Notes under the pieces: model-generated
The model's input: only the letters and a program-made list of their open reading frames with translations
Told to the model about the DNA's origin: nothing
Databases searched by the model: none
Assembly (NCBI RefSeq): GCF_001652585.1
Contig: NZ_LWLG01000003.1
Span: 90,001-122,000, forward strand
Reading direction: 5' to 3'
Origin: Thermosulfurimonas dismutans
Lineage (GTDB): Bacteria; Desulfobacterota; Thermodesulfobacteria; Thermodesulfobacteriales; Thermodesulfobacteriaceae
Length of the DNA stretch: 32,000 nt
Shown: piece after piece, positions 23,521-32,000 of the stretch
How the letters are laid out: each line of letters starts with the position of its first letter
Position numbering within the stretch: position 1 is the first letter of the stretch
Made by a program: the position numbers and the translations under genes

Positions 23521-24950
23521 TGAAATCTCTTTTTATAATTCGTCTTGTCTTAGCCTCCTTTTTAGCTCTGTTTTTGCTGAATCTTGGTTTGAAATCCCTT
23601 ATCCCAGGGTTAGCGATATACCTAATGATATGCTTTCTGGTTTGTTCTTTTTTAATGCGCATCCTTTCTGAAAATTTTCTTTTTTGGTTTAGCAAATCTT
23701 TGGATTTTGTTTTGATTTTTATTTTGCTTTATTTTACTGGAGGCCAAGAAAGTCCTCTCTTTTTTCTTCTTTTTATGCCCGCATTAGAAACGGCTTTAAC
23801 CAAAGATGTTAAAAAGACGGATAGTATAGCCCTAGTTTCTCTTCTGCTTATGGTCTATTTCTTCTTTAATAAAGGTTTTGTTTTGAGCTATAACGATTGG
23901 CTGTCTTTTTTTCTTTATGTAGGCGCCCTCGGTCTTATAAGTTATTTAGCCCTAAAGTTGTCGGAACTGCGAGAAGAAATTACCCAAAAGGAGGACATTC
24001 AGCGTTATTTGCTTTCTTCGCTTTCGGCAGGTCTTCTGTTTTTGGATCCGAATTTGAAGGTCCTTTCATGGAATCCAAGAGCCAGAGAAATATTGGGAAA
24101 GATCGCTCGTGGTCAGTCCTTGAAGGAGATTTTAGGACAAGATATTAGTACGGAAGTTTCGAGAGGAGAGACGAATCTGGGAAAGCGGATCCTGGGCTAT
24201 TCGATCTTCCCCTTGAGGCGCGAAAAGGAAATACTGGGTTGGGGGTTCCTGTTCCAGGATATTACAGAACTTAAAAAGAAGGAAAGGCGTTTGAGAGAGG
24301 CCGAGAAGTTGGCCTCTCTAGGGACCATGGCCGCAGGCCTGATACACGAAATCAAAAATCCTTTGGCTAGTATAAGCGGTGGGGTCCAATTTTTAAAGGA
24401 AAATCTGGGATCTTCCGGGGAGTTGGGACAAGTTTTAGAGGTTATCTCCAGGGAGACCGAGAGATTGAATCGTTTGGTGACCAATTTTCTTTTCTTTGCC
24501 CGTCCCGAAAGAGGGGAAAAGGAAAGATTTAATTTGAAAGATCTACTCCGGGAGATCCTGGATACCAATCAACCATTATTTTCTCAAGTGAAAATGAAGG
24601 CTCGAGTTCCCAGTGTAGAAATAGAGGCTAATAAAGAACAATGGCGTCAGATCCTGGAAAATCTTCTGATAAATGCCGTAGAGGCTTCGAGAGAAGTCCA
24701 AAGATCTGAGGTAGAGATAGAAGTGGAGCTCTTGGACAGGGATTACCTCATAAAAGTAAGGGACTATGGTTCGGGAATAAAAGAAGATATTCGTTCCCGT
24801 ATCTTTGAACCCTTTTTCACTACTAAACCCACCGGGACAGGTTTGGGACTTGCGGTGGTTTACAGAATAGTGGAAAATTTAAAGGGAGAAGTGAAACTTT
24901 TTTCCAAAGAAGGGGAAGGAACCTTGTTTGAAATAAAATTACCAAGGTAA
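23517..24950 (+). CDS. Polytopic membrane sensor histidine kinase (TM bundle + PAS-like + HisKA + HATPase_c)
   Basis: 477-aa ORF with an ATGA overlap onto the regulator. The N-terminus of about 150 aa has 5-6 hydrophobic segments. The H-box is LIHEIKNPLASI, and N, G1 (DYGSGI) and G2 (GTGLGLAVV) boxes are present. Confidence 0.85.
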   Translation: MMKSLFIIRLVLASFLALFLLNLGLKSLIPGLAIYLMICFLVCSFLMRILSENFLFWFSKSLDFVLIFILLYFTGGQESPLFFLLFMPALETALTKDVKKTDSIALVSLLLMVYFFFNKGFVLSYNDWLSFFLYVGALGLISYLALKLSELREEITQKEDIQRYLLSSLSAGLLFLDPNLKVLSWNPRAREILGKIARGQSLKEILGQDISTEVSRGETNLGKRILGYSIFPLRREKEILGWGFLFQDITELKKKERRLREAEKLASLGTMAAGLIHEIKNPLASISGGVQFLKENLGSSGELGQVLEVISRETERLNRLVTNFLFFARPERGEKERFNLKDLLREILDTNQPLFSQVKMKARVPSVEIEANKEQWRQILENLLINAVEASREVQRSEVEIEVELLDRDYLIKVRDYGSGIKEDIRSRIFEPFFTTKPTGTGLGLAVVYRIVENLKGEVKLFSKEGEGTLFEIKLPR

Positions 24951-24953
24951 ATC

Positions 24954-25694
24954 ATGACTATTTCGGGATACGAAGATCTGGCGGAATCTTTAGTCTTAGA
25001 GATCAAACGTGAGATTGCGGAGAGGTATTTCACCCATCGCAAGGTCATTGAGGAAGAGATTGAGGACTATGGGCGAAAGTTGAAGGAGTTTGAAAAGGAG
25101 GAGGAGAATCTTTTAAAAGAGCTGATCAGGCTGGCTTATATGCTCAGAGACAAAAATCTTTTGAAAAGGTTTGAAGAAATTACCGGAGTTTCCCTGGAGC
25201 CATATTATGATGAGTATATTCTTTCCTCCAAAAATATAAGGCGCAGACTTTTTAAAGAATTGAAGAGTAAGGGGTTTACTTCTAAAAGGAAATTTATAAA
25301 GCTTTTTGAACAAACCTACAAAAGACTTTTAGAGAAAAACGAAGCATATCGAAAAAAGTTTGACTCTTTGAAGACTCAAGCAGAGCTCATCGAACAGGAC
25401 ATAAAAGAGTTCAATAAGGAGTATGATCTTGGAAGTATCTTTTCCTTTTTGGGATCCTTGGGGGAAAGGGTACCCTCTGAGATAGCCGGCATTGAAGAGA
25501 AAGATAAGGTTATCGAAAGTCTTGGGACTCAATTGCAATTTCCTAAAATTCGCCCCCCGGAGGAAAAATTTGTCCATTTAGGGACCTTGCCTTCTTGGAA
25601 GGAAGTGGGTAGCGAACTTTTAGGATTGGCCAAAGAAGCTTACAGACGCCATACCGGAGAAGCTAAGGAGATCCTTGAGGTCCTCTCTTCTTAG
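24954..25694 (+). CDS. Hypothetical Glu/Lys-rich, predicted coiled-coil protein
   Basis: 246-aa ORF that starts 3 nt after the kinase stop and overlaps tilS by 20 nt. It is strongly helical and heptad-like (EEEIEDYGRKLKEFEKEEENLLKELIRL). I recognise no family. Confidence 0.55.
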   Translation: MTISGYEDLAESLVLEIKREIAERYFTHRKVIEEEIEDYGRKLKEFEKEEENLLKELIRLAYMLRDKNLLKRFEEITGVSLEPYYDEYILSSKNIRRRLFKELKSKGFTSKRKFIKLFEQTYKRLLEKNEAYRKKFDSLKTQAELIEQDIKEFNKEYDLGSIFSFLGSLGERVPSEIAGIEEKDKVIESLGTQLQFPKIRPPEEKFVHLGTLPSWKEVGSELLGLAKEAYRRHTGEAKEILEVLSS

Positions 25695-27033
25695 AACCGT
25701 CAAAAAGACTATTGAACGATATGGTCTTCTTTCTCCTGGAGACAGGGTTTTAGTGGCGGTCTCCGGGGGAGTGGATTCCATGGTTTTGCTAGAGGTGCTC
25801 TACCTGCTAAGGAAGGAATACGACCTCAGGCTGTGGGTGGCCCATTACGATCACAGATGGCGTAAAGATTCTTTAAAGGATGCCCTCTTTGTTTATCGCC
25901 AGGCCCAAGAGAAAGGATTGCCTTTTATTTATGGTGTAGCCCCGGTCAAGGAATATGCCCGGAGAGAAAAGATTAGTCTGGAGATGGCTGGCCGAGAATT
26001 GCGTTATCGCTTTTTTGAAAGGCTTTATAACCTCCTTGATCTCCAGAAGATCGCCTTAGCCCATCATGCCGACGATCTGGCCGAGGAGGTTTTGCTCAAG
26101 TTTATTCGCGGAGCCGGCAGAAGAGGGCTTGCCGGTATCCCTATCAAAAGAGAGGCTCACCTCATAAGACCTCTTCTTCTGGTTACCAAAGAGGAAATCG
26201 AAGTCTTTGCCAGGGAGTGGGGACTTTCTTGGGTAGAGGACGAGAGCAATCAGGATGTCCGTTTCTTACGCAATCGGGTAAGGCATCTCTTGATTCCTTT
26301 TCTCGAAAGACATTTTCACCGAAAGGTTAGGGAAAACCTCAAGCGTACGGCCCTTATCTTGGCCGAGGAGGAGGAACTAATTGAGGACTTGGCCCGGAAG
26401 GCTTATGAAAAGGCCCTGGTGCGTAAACCACAGATCGCTTTAAGGGTCCCGGTGCTCAAAGATATACCGCCGGCTCTAAGGCGTCGGGTTTTTTGGTTGG
26501 CCCTAAGGGAAGCTGGAGTGTCCCTTTTTCGAATGCGTCAAAGTCATCTTGAGGCTCTGAACAACCTGATTTCCGGCAAGGCTAGAGGGCCAGTGCCCCT
26601 TCCCGGAAATTTTCAGGCCATCAGGGGACCGGGGTTCATACGCTTTGTTCCAAAACCTGCGCTTTTTTCTCCGTTCGTTTTAAAGATTCCTGGACCGGGG
26701 AGATACTCCTTGCCTATCGGAGGGGAGGTCATTTTAGAGATCAAGACCCGCTGTTCTCCACGAGACATTAAATTGAAGCTTGAGAAGGTTTCTTTTCCCA
26801 TCATCATCCGAAACCGCCAACCAGGGGATCGCATTTATTGGCCGGCGGTAGGGCACAAAAAGCTCAAGAAATTTTTCTGGGAGAAGGGTCTTACGGCCGA
26901 AGAAAGGGATCGGATACCTATAATTGAGATTGACGGTCGAATCGTGGCTATCCCAGGATACTATGTCCATCCGGAATACAAGGCTTCTTCTGAGGAAGAA
27001 GGGCTTTGTTTAAGCTTTCAAAAGATTGCCTGA
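25675..27033 (+). CDS. tilS: tRNA(Ile)-lysidine synthetase
   Basis: 452-aa ORF with a TTG start preceded by AAGGAG (25665-25670) at 4-nt spacing. It has the PP-loop VAVSGGVDSMVLL, a central HHADDLAE motif and a C-terminal TilS substrate domain. Confidence 0.88.
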   Translation: MRSSLLRTVKKTIERYGLLSPGDRVLVAVSGGVDSMVLLEVLYLLRKEYDLRLWVAHYDHRWRKDSLKDALFVYRQAQEKGLPFIYGVAPVKEYARREKISLEMAGRELRYRFFERLYNLLDLQKIALAHHADDLAEEVLLKFIRGAGRRGLAGIPIKREAHLIRPLLLVTKEEIEVFAREWGLSWVEDESNQDVRFLRNRVRHLLIPFLERHFHRKVRENLKRTALILAEEEELIEDLARKAYEKALVRKPQIALRVPVLKDIPPALRRRVFWLALREAGVSLFRMRQSHLEALNNLISGKARGPVPLPGNFQAIRGPGFIRFVPKPALFSPFVLKIPGPGRYSLPIGGEVILEIKTRCSPRDIKLKLEKVSFPIIIRNRQPGDRIYWPAVGHKKLKKFFWEKGLTAEERDRIPIIEIDGRIVAIPGYYVHPEYKASSEEEGLCLSFQKIA

Positions 27034-27049
27034 TTCTTTTGTTTTTTTT
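27019..27049 (+). terminator. Weak intrinsic-terminator-like hairpin plus T8 overlapping the tilS stop
   Basis: CAAAAGA (27019-27025) pairs with TCTTTTG (27035-27041) across a 9-nt loop, followed by eight T (27042-27049). The stem is only 7 bp and AT-rich, so it is probably at most an attenuator. Confidence 0.3.
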
Positions 27050-27054
27050 AAAAT
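27026..27054 (+). promoter_or_regulatory. Putative internal sigma-70 promoter for ftsH
   Basis: The -35 TTGCCT (27026-27031) is followed by a 17-nt spacer and the -10 TAAAAT (27049-27054). This lies in the only sizeable gap (53 nt) of the tilS-to-glmM gene string. Confidence 0.3.
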
Positions 27055-27086
27055 AGCTTTTTAGTTGAAGCCGTGAGGTCTGAGTT

Positions 27087-28889
27087 TTGATCGATATCTG
27101 GAAAAAGGTAGGGATAGCAAGTTTTGGTCTCCTGCTTGTCTTTTTTTTGGTGGTTTTTTTCTATCCCTCCTCTCAGGACAACTTGAGTTATAACTTGTTT
27201 TTGGACGAGGTTAGGGCTGGAAAGGTCAAGGAAGTCGTTTTCAAGGGGCGCCAAATAGAAGTCCTGACCACCAAAGGCAAAAAGTATACCGTATATGCCC
27301 CAGAAGATCCGGAACTTATTCCCTTTTTGAAAAGGTATCTGGTCGAAGTTTATGTCAAAAAATCCGGGTTGGATTTTTTTTCTTTCGAAATGCTTTTTTT
27401 GATAGTGATAGGAATATTCTTACTAATCCTCTTGATTTCTTCTAGACCGGTTTCGCCCTCCTCCAAATTGTTTTCCTTTGTGCGTAGCCGGGCTCGCTTG
27501 GTGCGTCCGGAAGAGGTAAAAATCCGTTTCGAAGACGTGGCTGGGGTGGAGGAGGCCAAGGAAGAACTCAAAGAAGTGGTTGAATTTTTGAAGGATCCTC
27601 AAAAGTTTGCCAGGCTAGGCGGACGGATGCCCAAGGGTATTCTTCTGGTCGGGCCGCCAGGTACAGGGAAGACCCTTCTAGCCAAAGCCATTGCCGGGGA
27701 GGCCGGGGTGCCTTTTTTCAGCATCAGCGGTTCGGATTTCGTAGAGATGTTCGTAGGGGTAGGGGCGGCCCGGGTACGAGATCTTTTTACTCAGGCCAAG
27801 AAACACGCCCCCTGTATCATCTTTATCGATGAGATAGACGCCGTAGGACGCCACCGAGGAATTGGGGTCGGCGGGGGACATGAGGAGAGGGAGCAGACTC
27901 TCAATCAGTTATTGGTCGAGATGGATGGTTTTGAATCCCAAGAGGGAATTGTGGTGATAGCGGCTACCAACCGTCCGGACATTTTGGATCCGGCCCTGCT
28001 GCGTCCCGGTCGTTTCGATCGTCGGATAGAGGTTCCTCCTCCAGACTTAAAGGGCCGGGAGGCCATTCTGAGAGTGCATGCCCGCAAGATACCACTGGCC
28101 AAAGAAGTTGATCTTTCTCTGGTTGCGAAAGGTACCCCTGGTTTTACCGGAGCCGATCTTGCCAATCTTTTGAATGAGGCGGCTTTAATAGCGGCTCGAC
28201 AGGGTAAATCCCAGGTGGAAATGGAGGATATAGAAAAGGCTAAAGACAAACTCCTTCTGGGAAGCGAAAGGAAGGGTATCGTCATAAGTGAAGAAGAAAA
28301 ACAGCTTTCGGCCTATCACGAAGCCGGTCATGCCCTCATAGCTTACCTCCTTCCGGGGACAGATCCCGTTTATAAAATTTCTATTATTCCTCGAGGGAGG
28401 GCCTTAGGGGTTATCCAACAACTCCCTTTAGATGAACGCCACGTATATTCTAAGGATTACCTTTTGAAAAAAATTATGGTCCTTTTGGGAGGAAGGGTGG
28501 CCGAGGAATATGTTTTCGGACAGGCCACCACCGGTGCGGGAGATGATCTGGAAAAGGCTACCGAGATTGCCAGAAAGATGGTTTGCGAGTGGGGCATGAG
28601 CAATAGGCTAGGGCCCTGTACTTTTCCCCATCGGGAGCCCGGACTGCTTTCGGGACGAGATTATACGGACCTTCGGGCTTATAGCGAGGAGACGGCCCGT
28701 GAGATAGATGAGGAAATCAAGAAAATCGTTCGCGCGTGTTATGAGAAGGATCGGGAATTACTAGCCAAGAATATTAAATACCTTCATATCTTGGCCGAGA
28801 CCCTTTTGGAGGTAGAAACTATCGACGGCGAGGGCTTGAAAGAACTCTTGAAGGATTTGAGGCCTCTAGAAAATGTTGAGATCGCTTAG
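27087..28889 (+). CDS. ftsH: ATP-dependent zinc metalloprotease FtsH
   Basis: 600-aa ORF with a TTG start (SD GAGGT 8 nt upstream). Two TM segments flank a small periplasmic domain. It has Walker A GPPGTGKT, Walker B IIFIDEID, the SRH and the zinc motif HEAGHAL. Confidence 0.93.
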   Translation: MIDIWKKVGIASFGLLLVFFLVVFFYPSSQDNLSYNLFLDEVRAGKVKEVVFKGRQIEVLTTKGKKYTVYAPEDPELIPFLKRYLVEVYVKKSGLDFFSFEMLFLIVIGIFLLILLISSRPVSPSSKLFSFVRSRARLVRPEEVKIRFEDVAGVEEAKEELKEVVEFLKDPQKFARLGGRMPKGILLVGPPGTGKTLLAKAIAGEAGVPFFSISGSDFVEMFVGVGAARVRDLFTQAKKHAPCIIFIDEIDAVGRHRGIGVGGGHEEREQTLNQLLVEMDGFESQEGIVVIAATNRPDILDPALLRPGRFDRRIEVPPPDLKGREAILRVHARKIPLAKEVDLSLVAKGTPGFTGADLANLLNEAALIAARQGKSQVEMEDIEKAKDKLLLGSERKGIVISEEEKQLSAYHEAGHALIAYLLPGTDPVYKISIIPRGRALGVIQQLPLDERHVYSKDYLLKKIMVLLGGRVAEEYVFGQATTGAGDDLEKATEIARKMVCEWGMSNRLGPCTFPHREPGLLSGRDYTDLRAYSEETAREIDEEIKKIVRACYEKDRELLAKNIKYLHILAETLLEVETIDGEGLKELLKDLRPLENVEIA

Positions 28890-29718
28890 TATTAGGGGAA
28901 AGATTTTTGAGTGGGGAAGACGTACCTATTTGATGGGGATTCTAAACGTTACCCCGGATTCTTTTTCTGATGGCGGCCAATTTTATCAAAAAGAAGCGGC
29001 CTTAAGGCAGGCCGAAAGGCTTATCAAAGAAGGGGCCGATATCCTGGATATTGGGGGCGAGTCCACTAGACCCTTTGCTAAACCGGTCCCAGAAGAAGAA
29101 GAGTTGCGCAGGGTTATTCCGGTGATAGAGGCCATCAGGCGAGAATTTCCTGAAATTCCGATTTCGGTGGACACCTATAAGGCCCGGGTGGCCGAAGAGG
29201 CCCTTTTAGTCGGCGCGGACATTGTAAACGACGTGAGTGCTTTAAGGTTTGATCCCGGAATGCCAGAAGTAATTCGTAAATATCGTCCTCCGGTGGTTCT
29301 CATGCATATGAAGGGCACTCCTCAGACCATGCAGATGGACCCTAAGTATGAAGACGTATTGGGAGAGATAAAGACCTTTCTCAAGGAGAGGGCTCAACTG
29401 GCCCTTTCTTTAGGGCTCGCCCCGGAAAAGGTCATTCTTGATCCCGGGATCGGATTTGGGAAAAGGTTCGAGGACAACCTCAGACTTATCAGAGAAATTT
29501 CGGTTTTTCGGGAGTTGGGCTATCCGGTTCTTCTCGGGCCTTCCCGCAAGTCTTTTCTAGGGGAGATTTTAGGGAAGGAGGCCCGCCTGAGGGATGCTGG
29601 CACCGCTGCGGTGGTGGCCTATGGGGTCCTTCAGAAGGTGGATATTGTGAGGGTACACAATGTGGAGATGTGCAAGGATGTCATAAGGGTGATAGAGGCC
29701 CTTATAAGGGAGCCTTAA
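28873..29718 (+). CDS. folP: Dihydropteroate synthase
   Basis: 281-aa ORF with LMGILNVTPDSFSDGG, DIGGESTRP and DPGIGFGK motifs. It overlaps ftsH by 17 nt. Confidence 0.92.
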   Translation: MLRSLSIRGKIFEWGRRTYLMGILNVTPDSFSDGGQFYQKEAALRQAERLIKEGADILDIGGESTRPFAKPVPEEEELRRVIPVIEAIRREFPEIPISVDTYKARVAEEALLVGADIVNDVSALRFDPGMPEVIRKYRPPVVLMHMKGTPQTMQMDPKYEDVLGEIKTFLKERAQLALSLGLAPEKVILDPGIGFGKRFEDNLRLIREISVFRELGYPVLLGPSRKSFLGEILGKEARLRDAGTAAVVAYGVLQKVDIVRVHNVEMCKDVIRVIEALIREP

Positions 29719-30510
29719 ATGGAATTCTGGCCCTTCTGGAAGTTTTTACGCTGGCAGGACGTTTTGGACATCCTGATAGTGGCCTATCTTTTTTACCGCA
29801 TCCTTCTTCTCATTCGTGGGACGCGGGCGGTTCAGATGGCTGCCGGCTTGAGCGTAATCGTGGTCATGTATTTTTTAGCCGGAGAACTCAAGCTCCTCAC
29901 CCTTCACTGGCTTCTCGGAACCTTTATGTCTTCCATCTTTCTGGTGGTGGTTATCATCTTTCAGGAAGATATCCGCCGGGCCCTCATTCACATGGGCCGA
30001 TCTCCGTTTGTGAGGGTTCAGACCGAATATTCCCAAGTGATCGAAGAAGTGGTCAAAGCCGTAAGTTTTATGGCGGAAAAAAAAATCGGAGCCATTATCG
30101 TCTTTGAAAGAGAGACAGGACTTAACGAGTTTATCGAATCGGGTATTCCGGTAGAGGCCCGTGTTAACCGAGATCTCCTGATAAGTATTTTTCATCCCAC
30201 CTCCCCTCTGCACGACGGAGCGGTCATTATTCGAGAGGGACGTCTGCTGGCCGCTTCTGTGATCCTTCCTCTTTCGACCAACCCCCATATAGGTCGAGGG
30301 CTCGGTACCAGGCACCGGGCGGCCATCGGTATCACAGAGGTAAGCGATGCGGTTTCAGTGGTGGTCTCCGAAGAGACCGGAGCTATTTCTCTGGCGGTGG
30401 GAGGGAAGATAACCCGGGACATTTCCGCTCCCACTTTGAGGAAGATGCTTTCCGAATTTTTGGGATTTCATTCCATAGAACCCTGGTGGCGGAGAAAGAT
30501 CTTTAAATGA
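29719..30510 (+). CDS. cdaA: Membrane-anchored diadenylate cyclase CdaA (c-di-AMP synthase)
   Basis: 263-aa ORF that starts immediately after the folP stop. Three N-terminal TM helices precede a DAC domain with GAIIV, HDGAVII, GTRHRAA and VVVSEETG motifs. Confidence 0.9.
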   Translation: MEFWPFWKFLRWQDVLDILIVAYLFYRILLLIRGTRAVQMAAGLSVIVVMYFLAGELKLLTLHWLLGTFMSSIFLVVVIIFQEDIRRALIHMGRSPFVRVQTEYSQVIEEVVKAVSFMAEKKIGAIIVFERETGLNEFIESGIPVEARVNRDLLISIFHPTSPLHDGAVIIREGRLLAASVILPLSTNPHIGRGLGTRHRAAIGITEVSDAVSVVVSEETGAISLAVGGKITRDISAPTLRKMLSEFLGFHSIEPWWRRKIFK

Positions 30511-31154
30511 GGCGCAGAAGAAAAAAAGATTTGTTTCTGAAATTTCTCGCCCTCTTTTTTGCCTTTCTACTGTGGTTTTTTGTAGTTCTTCAGGATAAGA
30601 TAGAACGAGAACTTCCCTTGAAGCTGGTTTTTCGAAACCTGCCTCCCAACACCCTTTTACTTAACGTGAAACCATCCACCTTTCGCCTCAAAGTTATCGG
30701 TCCTAGGAGTATCATGAGGAGTCTTTCCGGGGAGCCCTTGATCCTTAGTCTAGATCTTTCCCGTTATCCCCCTGGGCGACACATTCTGAGGATTCCTCCC
30801 GAAAATGTAAAACTTCCTTCGGGATTGAAGCCTATAGAAGTTATTCCTCAAGAGGCCGAGATCTTGTTAGATTCTGTGATTCAGAAGTGGATCAAAGTGA
30901 AAGTGGACCTCAGAGGTGAGTTACCGGAGGGTTTCAAGGTCAAAGAGGTGAGGATAAGACCTGCTAGTGTAAGGATAAAGGGAGCCCGAACTGTACTTCG
31001 AGATCTGAAGTTCCTTTACACGGCTCCGGTATATCTTTCAGAAAGACGGGAATCCTTTAAGCTGGAGGTACTTCTCTCTATTCCGGAAGGTATAGTAGAA
31101 GTTTATCCTGAGAGGGTCCAAGTAGTAGTCAAAATTGGGAGGAAGGAACCATGA
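30507..31154 (+). CDS. cdaR: YbbR-domain protein CdaR (CdaA regulator), short form
   Basis: 215-aa ORF with an ATGA overlap onto cdaA. An N-terminal TM anchor is followed by beta-rich YbbR-like repeats ([13 protein letters not shown]..., [16 protein letters not shown]...). It occupies the conserved position between cdaA and glmM. Confidence 0.75.
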   Translation: MRRRRKKDLFLKFLALFFAFLLWFFVVLQDKIERELPLKLVFRNLPPNTLLLNVKPSTFRLKVIGPRSIMRSLSGEPLILSLDLSRYPPGRHILRIPPENVKLPSGLKPIEVIPQEAEILLDSVIQKWIKVKVDLRGELPEGFKVKEVRIRPASVRIKGARTVLRDLKFLYTAPVYLSERRESFKLEVLLSIPEGIVEVYPERVQVVVKIGRKEP

Positions 31155-32000
31155 ATCTTTTTGGCACCGATGGCATAAGAGGCGAGGCCAATCGCTATCC
31201 GGTCACTCCGGAGGTGGCCCTCAAGGTGGGGCTGGCTGTAGGTTATCTATTTCGCAATCAAGGTTATCATCGGCGTATAATCGTGGGCAAGGACACTCGA
31301 CTTTCCGGATATATGCTAGAGATGGCCCTTTCGGCTGGCATCCTATCCATGGGAGCGGAAGCCTGGCTGGTAGGGCCCATGCCTACTCCGGCCATCGCCT
31401 TCCTTACTCGAGATCTTCGGGCTGAAGCCGGCGTGGTCATTTCAGCCTCTCACAATCCCTTTTACGACAACGGTATCAAGATATTTGGAGCGGATGGCTT
31501 CAAACTTTCGGATGAACTTGAGGCCCGGATTGAAGCCCTGCTTGAAGATGAGGTTTTGGAACAAGAAAAGGCCTTAGGGAAGGAATTGGGTAAGGCCCGC
31601 CGGATAGAGGACGCCCGGGGGCGTTACATGGTACATCTCAAGAAGGCCTTTCCTGAAAGACTAGACCTTGAGGGCTTGAAGGTGGTGGTGGATTGTGCTC
31701 ACGGAGCTACCTACCGTATAGCCCCCGAACTTCTTGAGGAACTAGGGGCTAAGGTGATAAGGATGGGCTGTGAACCCAATGGAGTGAACATCAATGATGG
31801 TTGTGGGGCTCTACATCCCGATGGTCTGCGAGAAAGGGTCCTTTCAGAGGGGGCCGATCTGGGGCTGGCCTTTGACGGAGATGGAGATCGGCTGGTGTTG
31901 GTGGATGAAAAAGGGGGGGTGGTGGATGGCGATCAAATCATGGCCCTATGCGCTCTGTTCTTAAAGGAAGAGGGGGCCCTAAGGAAGAATACCGTGGTGG
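31151..32000 (+). CDS. glmM: Phosphoglucosamine mutase (5' portion; continues beyond the window)
   Basis: The frame is open from ATG 31151 (ATGA overlap with cdaR) to the window end; I checked it codon by codon. It has [14 protein letters not shown], the catalytic SASHNP and the metal-binding DGDGDR. It is missing from the ORF track because no stop lies in the window. Confidence 0.9.
   Translation, partial: MNLFGTDGIRGEANRYPVTPEVALKVGLAVGYLFRNQGYHRRIIVGKDTRLSGYMLEMALSAGILSMGAEAWLVGPMPTPAIAFLTRDLRAEAGVVISASHNPFYDNGIKIFGADGFKLSDELEARIEALLEDEVLEQEKALGKELGKARRIEDARGRYMVHLKKAFPERLDLEGLKVVVDCAHGATYRIAPELLEELGAKVIRMGCEPNGVNINDGCGALHPDGLRERVLSEGADLGLAFDGDGDRLVLVDEKGGVVDGDQIMALCALFLKEEGALRKNTVV

Noticed and set aside
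30077-30085. Homopolymer tracts that might act as slippage or phase-variation sites: A9 in cdaA, and T8/T7 in the ftsH 5' region at 27141-27148 and 27154-27160
   Set aside because: All are in frame and encode Lys-Lys or Phe-Phe runs in otherwise intact essential genes. Nothing suggests frameshifted alternatives.
31135-31425. A 96-aa ORF from the track overlapping the start of glmM in another frame
   Set aside because: The glmM frame from ATG 31151 carries the catalytic SASHNP and DGDGDR motifs and stays open to the window end. The 96-aa frame is Gly/Ser/Arg-rich noise.
1-32000. Search for mobile elements, CRISPR arrays, tRNA/rRNA genes, toxin-antitoxin pairs or known defence genes
   Set aside because: Intergenic space totals only a few hundred nt, and the largest gap is 135 nt and AT-rich. 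I saw no repeat-spacer periodicity, no terminal inverted repeats, no integrase, transposase or nuclease-type ORFs, and no cloverleaf-like GC-rich segments.

Overview
The window is almost fully coding (about 98%) and comes from a compact bacterial chromosome. The organism is probably a thermophile: proteins are rich in Glu/Lys/Arg/Ile, many genes share 4-nt ATGA start/stop overlaps, and GTG/TTG starts are frequent. A Thermodesulfobacteriota- or Aquificota-like lineage is only my guess. I call 32 protein genes and see no rRNA, tRNA, CRISPR array, transposase, integrase or phage genes.

Layout:
- ftsE (-)
- A 12-gene co-directional string (+): pilT, pilT-like, Zn-ribbon/receiver-like protein, galU, priA, clpX-like AAA+, pseudo-receiver, radical SAM/SPASM, purH N-domain only, aroD, aroE, aroA
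- HPP membrane protein (-)
- aroK (+)
- ICMT-like methyltransferase, ampG-like MFS, ade (-)
- Hypothetical protein, nth, rluD, coaE (+)
- ribD (-)
- Sigma-54 response regulator, histidine kinase, coiled-coil hypothetical, tilS, ftsH, folP, cdaA, cdaR, glmM (+, truncated by the window end)

Best candidates for undescribed biology:
- 6901-10103: a translationally coupled trio. It consists of a ClpX paralog that lacks the zinc-binding domain and carries a novel C-terminal domain of about 160 aa, a receiver domain with all five catalytic residues replaced, and a NirJ/Ahb-like radical SAM enzyme.
- 806-3698: tandem PilT ATPases followed by an uncharacterised CXXC zinc-ribbon protein with a degenerate receiver-like domain.

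Secondary oddities:
- a stand-alone IMP cyclohydrolase half of PurH
- an AT-richer HPP gene inverted inside the aro cluster
- a perfect 16-bp palindrome in a divergent promoter
- a possibly leaderless sigma-54 regulator gene
- strong GC heterogeneity across the window

All family assignments rest on motif recognition by eye. No BLAST, HMM or folding tools were run.
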